Below, piece after piece: positions 57,588 to 64,000 of a stretch of DNA of 64,000 bases. Position 1 is the stretch's first letter; each line of letters starts with the position of its first letter. Position numbers and translations under genes: made by a program. Origin of the DNA: Candidatus Minusculum obligatum (GTDB lineage Bacteria > Patescibacteriota > Minisyncoccia > Phycocordibacterales > Phycocordibacteraceae); assembly GCA_045401155.1 (NCBI GenBank), contig CP174360.1, forward strand, positions 11,072-75,071. The letters are read 5' to 3'. The notes beneath the pieces are model-generated. The model was not told the DNA's origin and ran no database searches. It saw only the letters and a list, made by a program, of their open reading frames with translations.

Positions 57588-58796
57588 CTAAATACTGTCT
57601 GTGATTGAGTAGATTGGCGCAATCATCGCAAGCGCGAAGACTCCTACTACTCCTGCAATCAAGATCATCAACAGCGGCTCAACAATTGTTGAAAGATCTT
57701 TTGTTTTTTGCTCGACCTCTGTTTCGTAAAACTCTGCAACCTCAAGCAACATATCTGATACCGCTCCTGTCTCTTCTCCAACCGCAATCATATCTCCCAT
57801 CAATACCGGATAGAGCTCAAGATGATCCATGAAACTCTTTGAAAGCGCTTCTCCTTTTTTCACGTGCTCGTGTGACTCTTTAAAAATCTTTCGATAACTT
57901 GGATGTCCAATAACTTCTTCTGAAATCTCAAGTGCGTGAAGCATCTCAACTCCTGATGCAAGAAGTGAAGAAAGTGTACGGGCAGTTCGTGCGGTGTATG
58001 TCTCTTTCACAATCGCGCCAACTACAGGAAGACGAAGTGTAACCGCTCCAAAAATTTTAGACCCCCGCTCACTCTTAAGTGCGTAGTACACAGCCGCAGC
58101 AAATGCAATGAACGCAGCAAGCACTAACAAGAAATTGTTCTGCAAGAAATCACTACTTGAAACAATTGCTTGCGTCGCAGCTGGAAGCTCCACCCCGAGC
58201 TCCTCAAACGTACTGGTAAGTGTCGGTACCACAAACAAAAGCATCAAAATTGTGATGATAAAAATCGCAATCAAAATAATTGAAGGATAGATCATCGCAC
58301 TCTTCACCTTCTTCACAAGTGTATGAGATCGCTCCATCTGCTTCCCAATAACAAGAAGTGCTTCATGTAGTGTTCCACTCTCCTCTCCCGCCTTCACCAT
58401 GGATACAAAAAGTTTTGAGAAAATTTTTGGATGCTTTGCCATCGCCTCGTGAAGCCCCATTCCTTTTGAAACATCATTTCCAATTTCTTGGAGCACCTGC
58501 TTTAAGAGTGGGTTCTTACTCTGTCGCTCAAGCACAGAGAGTGCACGAGATACAGAAAGACCAGCTTTGAGCATAGCCGCTAATGTGCGTGTCAGCACAA
58601 TCTTCTCCTCCATCTTTACCGCGCCAAGGAAACTACGTAGTTTATTTAAAAGACCAGCACCTTGTTCTTTAATAGAAAGTACGGTGCCGCCCTCTGCCCC
58701 AACTTGCGCATAGACATCTGCCCTTGTTTCTCCTTCGACAACTCCAGAGTACTCGCTTCCATCTGCACGCTGCGCTTTATACGAAAACTTTTTCAC
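57588..58796 (-). CDS. pilC: Type IV pilus platform protein PilC (GspF family)
   Basis: 402 aa, two GspF repeats, 3 TM. Confidence 0.85.
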   Translation of the reverse strand: MKKFSYKAQRADGSEYSGVVEGETRADVYAQVGAEGGTVLSIKEQGAGLLNKLRSFLGAVKMEEKIVLTRTLAAMLKAGLSVSRALSVLERQSKNPLLKQVLQEIGNDVSKGMGLHEAMAKHPKIFSKLFVSMVKAGEESGTLHEALLVIGKQMERSHTLVKKVKSAMIYPSIILIAIFIITILMLLFVVPTLTSTFEELGVELPAATQAIVSSSDFLQNNFLLVLAAFIAFAAAVYYALKSERGSKIFGAVTLRLPVVGAIVKETYTARTARTLSSLLASGVEMLHALEISEEVIGHPSYRKIFKESHEHVKKGEALSKSFMDHLELYPVLMGDMIAVGEETGAVSDMLLEVAEFYETEVEQKTKDLSTIVEPLLMILIAGVVGVFALAMIAPIYSITDSI

Positions 58797-58860
58797 TACT
58801 TAAATGTAGCACGCAAAAGAAAAGCCCCGTCGCGATTCCACGCGACGGGACAAAACGTGA

Positions 58861-59355
58861 TCAGTCGAAGGACATATCACGGAGGGCGCTCTTTCCCCAA
58901 AGATAACACCCGAAGCAGATGATCATGATGAAGATGACAGCACTTGCGTGCGCGCTCCATCCGAATATCTGAGCAGGAAAGCCGCCCAACACCTCAGAAA
59001 GACCCACGTACGTAAACGGACCAACGAAGGGACGCGGATACACTAGCCCCAGAAGCTCGAAAGCTCCGAGGAAGAAAAGTGCCCCCGCGCTGACCGTAAA
59101 CAAGAGGGTCAGGCAGCTGAGCAGATGAACATCATGGAGAGCCAGGCGCATCAAGACGAACCCTGCGATGCAGGCGGCTACCACCAAGATAGTATTTGTC
59201 GCCCCGGGCATGAAGACCATACCCATCTCACCCGTTAAGGTTGCGACCATTTGATGGGACGCAAAGGTGAGAAGCCCTAGCCCGAATGCAATCGGGATGA
59301 CTCGTGAACAAACAAACTTAAAAAAGCTCATTGCTTTATCCTCCATCAAAAGCAA
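58861..59355 (-). CDS. Hypothetical polytopic membrane protein in GC-enriched insert
   Basis: 164 aa, 4-5 TM; local GC about 52%. Confidence 0.35.
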   Translation of the reverse strand: MLLMEDKAMSFFKFVCSRVIPIAFGLGLLTFASHQMVATLTGEMGMVFMPGATNTILVVAACIAGFVLMRLALHDVHLLSCLTLLFTVSAGALFFLGAFELLGLVYPRPFVGPFTYVGLSEVLGGFPAQIFGWSAHASAVIFIMIICFGCYLWGKSALRDMSFD

Positions 59356-59398
59356 AACCTATATTCAAAGATGCTCTTTTTATACAAAAAGGTCAATA

Positions 59399-61147
59399 CT
59401 ACTCTGAAATCACGCGAAGCACCTCCTCAAGTGAAGTAACTCCTGTCGCAGCTTTATACAAACCATCTTCAAGCATCGTAAGCATTCCCTCTTTACGAGC
59501 TTGTGCTTCAAGTCCATCGGTATTTGCATTTTGCATCATCATCTCACGCATGCTCTCACTCATAGAAAGCACTTCATGGATTCCAATTCGCCCTGAGTAT
59601 CCATTCTCACACTCGGCACTCTTAACAGGATGGTAAAACGTAAGATCATCAAGAGAACTCTTTGGCTTCACGATCTTCTCTTCTGTAAGCGCTGCAAAGG
59701 CTGCATCAAAGTGATCCGCTCGAGCAATTTCATCCCGTGCTGCTTTATTTAATTTGTACTCTTCTTTCTTATCACAAAGCTGTCGCACCAATCGCTGCCC
59801 CACAATCACGCGAAGTGTAGAAGATAGGAGGAATCGCTCTGCACCCATATCAAGAAGTCGTGGAATCGCTCCTGCAGCTGAATTGGTGTGAAGTGTCGCA
59901 AGCACCAAGTGCCCGGTAAGCGCAGCGTTAATCGCAAGCGCCGCAGTCTCTCCGTCTCGAATCTCTCCCACCATGATGATGTCGGGGTCCTGTCGCACCA
60001 AAGAGCGAAGTCCTGATTCAAACGTAAGACCGATTTGCGGATTTACTTGCGTCTGATTAATACGTGGCATCTGATACTCAATCGGATCCTCAATCGTAGA
60101 GATGTTTACATCAGGTGTATTTAAAATATCCAAAATTGTATAGAGCGTTGTGGTCTTACCTGACCCTGTGGGTCCTGTCACAAGAATAAGACCCGTCTTT
60201 TGTTGAGTTGCTTGATGAATGCGCTCTAGGTTCTCTCCATGGAATCCAAGTGTCTCAAGGGTGTACCCTCCTCCACCTTCTCGAAGAAGACGCATTACTA
60301 CCTTTTCTCCATAGTAGGTAGGAAGTGTCGACACACGGAAGGAAACTTTCTCTCCTTCAGAATCCATCTTGAATCGCCCATCCTGCGGAAGACGCTTCTC
60401 ATCAAGCTTTAGACTTGAGAGCACCTTAATACGTGCCGCGATAGAAGGACCCGCCTCCTTTGGGAGCGTCATGGCATCGTGTAAGATTCCGTCCACGCGA
60501 TAGCGCACCATCACCTCATGCTCAGATGGCTCGATATGAATATCTGATGCCTTTTGAATAATTGCGTGCTTAAGGAGTGTGTCTACAATACGCACCACCG
60601 GAAGATCCTCTGCAATCTTCTTAAGCTCCTCTTCACTCTTCTCTTCCCCGTCCTCCTTAATCACCTTAAGAGACTTACTCTCTTTTGAAATAATATCTCC
60701 AAACTCCTCTTTAAGAGACTTCTGGTATTGCAGCAATGCATTTTTAATAGACTCATCATCAGTAAGACGAATCCGCACCTTCATGCCGATCTTCTTACGC
60801 ACATTATCAATCGCCACAAGATCATCTGTGTCGAGCATCGCAACCTCTACCTCCTCCCCCTTCTTGTCATAGGCGACAATGTTGTTATTGCGCGCAATAG
60901 GTTCTGGAATGAGCGCCAAAATATCTGGATCAATCTTTTTTTCTTTTAGATTCACAAATGGAATTCCAAGCACATATGCGCTAATACGTCGAAGATCATT
61001 CTCTTCGATCTTTCCAGAAGAAACCAGCATGTCTCCGAGTGAACGACCAGTCTTTTTAGACTCGTCCGCTGCCTCGTCTACATCCTTTCGAGAAACAAGA
61101 CCTGAGTCCACGATAAATTCGTGGAGCTGATGCTCATTTATTTTCAT
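59399..61147 (-). CDS. Second GspE/PilB-family secretion ATPase
   Basis: Walker A VTGPTGSGKTTTLY, GspE N1 domain; start at MKINEHQL (61147), upstream part of track ORF is leader. Confidence 0.85.
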   Translation of the reverse strand: MKINEHQLHEFIVDSGLVSRKDVDEAADESKKTGRSLGDMLVSSGKIEENDLRRISAYVLGIPFVNLKEKKIDPDILALIPEPIARNNNIVAYDKKGEEVEVAMLDTDDLVAIDNVRKKIGMKVRIRLTDDESIKNALLQYQKSLKEEFGDIISKESKSLKVIKEDGEEKSEEELKKIAEDLPVVRIVDTLLKHAIIQKASDIHIEPSEHEVMVRYRVDGILHDAMTLPKEAGPSIAARIKVLSSLKLDEKRLPQDGRFKMDSEGEKVSFRVSTLPTYYGEKVVMRLLREGGGGYTLETLGFHGENLERIHQATQQKTGLILVTGPTGSGKTTTLYTILDILNTPDVNISTIEDPIEYQMPRINQTQVNPQIGLTFESGLRSLVRQDPDIIMVGEIRDGETAALAINAALTGHLVLATLHTNSAAGAIPRLLDMGAERFLLSSTLRVIVGQRLVRQLCDKKEEYKLNKAARDEIARADHFDAAFAALTEEKIVKPKSSLDDLTFYHPVKSAECENGYSGRIGIHEVLSMSESMREMMMQNANTDGLEAQARKEGMLTMLEDGLYKAATGVTSLEEVLRVISE

Positions 61148-61305
61148 ATGTAAAAGATAGCACGTACGTACACATATATATGTAGGAATTTCCCCCACAA
61201 TTTGAAAAGCCGCACATAAAGATAAGTGCGAACAATCGTACAAATAAATATATGCGGCTTTCAGGTCTGGCCGCGGATCCTCTTTACATTGGATAATGAC
61301 GTCTA

Positions 61306-61725
61306 CTAGACGATGAAAGTTCCGTTTGTGAACGTTCCATCTGCATTCGGCTTCTCCCTCCACCGACGATACTTGAACACACGCTTCATAACGTTTCTAA
61401 TTTCCCGACGAACATGCCAGTTGGAATGGCGTAGCATTTGCTGCCACTTGATCTCAAGACGCCTCTTAAAGAGCGTCATGGACCGTCCAGGAAATCGCGT
61501 GAATCCATACACTGCGAACATGATTATGTTTGCCCGCAGGATGATACCGACGAAGTCGGGATGACCGTAGAAGATGGAAAGTCCGACAAGGACCGGTGAC
61601 AGAAGTAGTATTGGCAGGATACAAAACATTTCCCACCGCTTCGTGTACCGACCCATACGGGCCTTCTCTTCTCGTAGATGCCGTTCCTCTCTTGCATTTA
61701 GACGCGGCCACTGTGTAATGTGCAT
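61306..61725 (-). CDS. Hypothetical membrane protein (GC-enriched)
   Basis: Start MHITQW with AAGAGGT RBS; two TM then basic domain. Confidence 0.35.
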   Translation of the reverse strand: MHITQWPRLNAREERHLREEKARMGRYTKRWEMFCILPILLLSPVLVGLSIFYGHPDFVGIILRANIIMFAVYGFTRFPGRSMTLFKRRLEIKWQQMLRHSNWHVRREIRNVMKRVFKYRRWREKPNADGTFTNGTFIV

Positions 61726-61785
61726 TTCAAAAACCTCTTTGTTTTTGCTTCCAGACCGCAAAGATTTAACCACAAAACTAAAATG

Positions 61786-61814
61786 TTGACAATACTCCTA
61801 CTATTCTATATATT
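61786..61814 (+). promoter_or_regulatory. Sigma70-like promoter (TTGACA-17-TATATT)
   Basis: Exact -35 TTGACA 61786-61791, 17-nt spacer, -10 TATATT 61809-61814. Confidence 0.55.
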
Positions 61815-61820
61815 CTTCTA

Positions 61821-62006
61821 GCGCGCAGTTAGCGACCATTCGGAAGACGCCCCCGAACTGTCGCAACCCCGCGCTTCCTGAGGAACTTGCGCCCCGCCCT
61901 CACAATCGGGGATGGCAAAAACCTACAGGAAAGGTCAGGTGTGGCCCCGACCCACCGCATCTGACCCGGGCCCGGCATCCACCCAAATTTTGCCGGGCCC
62001 TTTTTT
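61821..62006 (+). ncRNA. Candidate ~186-nt GC-rich structured small RNA with own promoter and intrinsic terminator
   Basis: ~65% GC in ~43% GC genome; nested hairpins GCGCG/GCGAC/UUCGG...; terminator GGGCCCGGC-loop-GCCGGGCCC + T6 at 61968-62006; separate promoter for nusA follows. Confidence 0.35.
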
Positions 62007-62082
62007 ATTGACTTTCCATAAAAAATTAGTACTATATATGTATCAGTAACGTCCGCATTCGCGGGCGATTATTTTTACAAAA

Positions 62083-63423
62083 TTGAATACACAATTGCAT
62101 ATGTTTGACTTAAAAGTAATCCATTCAGTCCTTGATCAGTTCGAGGAAGAGCGAAATATCCCCCGAGAAAAGATGATCGAGGCTATTGAAGCAGCGCTTG
62201 CAACCGCATATAAGAAGGAGTACGGAAAGAAAAATCAGATTATCCGCGCAGCGCTTGATATGAATACTGGAACACCTACCTTTGAGCAGGTGAAAATCGT
62301 TGTTGATGATTCTCTTGTTTACTTTGACGAGGAAGAGGAGCGAAAAGAGGATGATGAGCGAACACTCTTTGACTCAGAGAAGCATATGCTTCTAGAGGAT
62401 GCACAGCGCATCAAGAAAGATGCAGCGCTTGAGGATGAGATCACCTTCCCACTTGAAGCTGAGGCTGATTTTGGACGAATTGCCGCACAAACTGCTAAGC
62501 AGGTGATCATCCAGAAGATTCGTGAAGCAGAAAAGGGATCTATCCTTGAGGAGTTTGCTGGACGTGAAGGAGAGATTGTTTCAGGAACCGTACAGCGTGT
62601 GGAACGTGGAATGATTTACGTTGATCTTGGACGAACTACTGCAATTATCCCATTTGAGGAGCAAATTCGTGGAGAGCGATATCGAACTGGAGAGCGAATC
62701 CGCGCATACCTGTATTCAGTTGATGAAGGAGCACGTGGTGTATTCCTTCGCCTATCTCGAAGCCATCCACAGTTTGTGGTTGAGCTATTTAAGCTTGAAG
62801 CTCCAGAGCTTGCTAATGGAACTGTAGAAATCAAAGCAATTGCTCGAGAGCCAGGAAGCCGCACAAAGCTTGCAGTTATCTCAGAGGACAGCCACATTGA
62901 CCCTGTTGGATCTCTTGTAGGACAGCGCGGTGTACGTGTATCAACCGTAACAAGCGAGCTTGGTGGAGAGCGAATCGACATCATCGAGTGGAGTGAGGAT
63001 GAGGAGATGTTTGTAAAAGACGCTCTTTCTCCTGCTGAAGTTGTGTCAGTTGAACTTGATGAAGCTGAGCACAAGGCGACCGTAACCGTAAATGAAGATC
63101 AGCAATCTCTTGCGATCGGACGCGGAGGACAAAACGTGCGTCTTGCAGCAAAGCTAACTGGATGGAGCATCGACATTGCATCAATCGGTGGAGAATCTGT
63201 TGCCGAAACTGATGGAACAGAGGTTGAAATCGCAGAAACAGAGGAAAAAACAGAAGATACACCAGTTGAAGTGGATGATTCTGTGCAGTCAGCTGCAGAA
63301 AGCACTGCAGAAGAAGGGACCGTAACAGAAGAGACTCCTGAAGAGACAGTGCTTCCTATGGAAGAAGAAGTGGCTGCGGCAGATGATGGGGCTGTTGAAG
63401 AAGAGAAAAAAGAGAACGCTTAG
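62083..63423 (+). CDS. nusA: Transcription termination/antitermination factor NusA (acidic C-terminal tail)
   Basis: NusA N-domain, S1, KH1, KH2 (IGRGGQN); alternative start ATG 62101 (MFDLKVIH) aligns better with NusA N-terminus. Confidence 0.85.
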   Translation: MNTQLHMFDLKVIHSVLDQFEEERNIPREKMIEAIEAALATAYKKEYGKKNQIIRAALDMNTGTPTFEQVKIVVDDSLVYFDEEEERKEDDERTLFDSEKHMLLEDAQRIKKDAALEDEITFPLEAEADFGRIAAQTAKQVIIQKIREAEKGSILEEFAGREGEIVSGTVQRVERGMIYVDLGRTTAIIPFEEQIRGERYRTGERIRAYLYSVDEGARGVFLRLSRSHPQFVVELFKLEAPELANGTVEIKAIAREPGSRTKLAVISEDSHIDPVGSLVGQRGVRVSTVTSELGGERIDIIEWSEDEEMFVKDALSPAEVVSVELDEAEHKATVTVNEDQQSLAIGRGGQNVRLAAKLTGWSIDIASIGGESVAETDGTEVEIAETEEKTEDTPVEVDDSVQSAAESTAEEGTVTEETPEETVLPMEEEVAAADDGAVEEEKKENA

Positions 63424-63441
63424 TGGTATACCTACATATAT

Positions 63442-63960
63442 ATGAATCTACTTCACGACATTGAACCAGGCACAAAGGATGAAATGAATGTGATCATCGA
63501 AATCCCTAAAGGTTCTAAAAATAAGTACGAAATTGATAAGGACACCGGAATGATTGCACTTGATCGTGTAATGCATACCGCACAAGACTACCCATTTGAT
63601 TATGGATTTGTCCCACGAACCCTTTGGGATGATGGAGATGCGCTCGACGTACTACTCCTTACTACCTACCCACTTGCACCAGGAATCCTTGTGCGAGCTC
63701 GACCTGTAGCAGTGCTAAAGATGGTAGACGGAGGCGAGAGTGATGACAAAGTTATTGCCGTACCAACGGAAGATCCACGATTTAACGATATCAAGGACCT
63801 TTCTGACGTAAACGCCCACACTCTAAAAGAAATTGAGCACTTCTTCGCAACATACAAGAAGATTCAAAACAAAGAGGTAGAAACAAATGGGTTTGAAGAT
63901 GCAAATGCTGCAAAAGAAGGATTCGATCGCGCAGTAGCAATGTATTCTGAGAAAAACTAA
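63442..63960 (+). CDS. ppa: Inorganic pyrophosphatase (family I)
   Basis: EIPKGS.NKYE, DGD.LDVL metal-binding motifs. Confidence 0.9.
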   Translation: MNLLHDIEPGTKDEMNVIIEIPKGSKNKYEIDKDTGMIALDRVMHTAQDYPFDYGFVPRTLWDDGDALDVLLLTTYPLAPGILVRARPVAVLKMVDGGESDDKVIAVPTEDPRFNDIKDLSDVNAHTLKEIEHFFATYKKIQNKEVETNGFEDANAAKEGFDRAVAMYSEKN

Positions 63961-64000
63961 ATAAAAATCCACAACCGTGGAAGGTACCAGCCGGAGCATG

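Noticed and set aside
61821-62006. Identification of the GC-rich RNA as SRP (4.5S) RNA, 6S RNA or fluoride riboswitch
   Set aside because: Has a GGAA tetraloop candidate and a GGUCAGGU stretch, but lacks the conserved GGAAGCAGC domain-IV motif; ends do not pair as in 6S; downstream gene (nusA) is inconsistent with a crcB riboswitch. Left as unclassified sRNA candidate.
1-64000. CRISPR arrays, rRNA genes, IS elements/transposases, integrases
   Set aside because: No regularly spaced direct repeats, no rRNA-like conserved stretches, and no transposase/integrase-like translations were seen in any frame.

Overview
This 64-kb window looks like an AT-rich (about 42-44% GC overall) streamlined bacterial genome of the Candidate Phyla Radiation / Patescibacteria type, using the standard genetic code. 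Several small segments are markedly GC-enriched. All calls come from reading the six-frame translations and the nucleotide sequence by eye, with no database search; recognition of conserved proteins is by motif.

Content, from start to end:
- 1-5.7 kb: a type IV pilus / competence operon (pilM-pilN-pilO-small-pilB-response regulator-pilT).
- 5.9-12.7 kb: comF-like gene, a candidate EVE+DUF3883 defence protein, NUDIX, tRNA-Ser, malic enzyme, recG, and a candidate tRNA-Ile(UAU) next to an HTH/LAGLIDADG-like gene.
- 12.7-19.4 kb: ftsH, smpB with an adjacent tmRNA (ssrA), and infC-rpmI-rplT.
- 19.6-41.4 kb: a beta-CASP RNase, ndk-map-adk-secY and the spc/S10/str ribosomal-protein supercluster, which lacks L30 and is broken into sub-operons by five insertions of small, often GC-enriched genes bracketed by intrinsic terminators.
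- 41.5-44.6 kb: a putative cohesin-like / dockerin surface-protein trio.
- 44.7-53.8 kb: site-2 protease, rpmB, a split ComEC (channel and MBL halves as separate genes), SOD, rnhA, recJ, HIT, pgk and tpiA.
- 53.8-61.1 kb: a second pilus cluster (minor pilins, pilC, pilB2).
- 61.8-62.0 kb: a promoter-plus-terminator delimited GC-rich small-RNA candidate upstream of nusA, followed by ppa.
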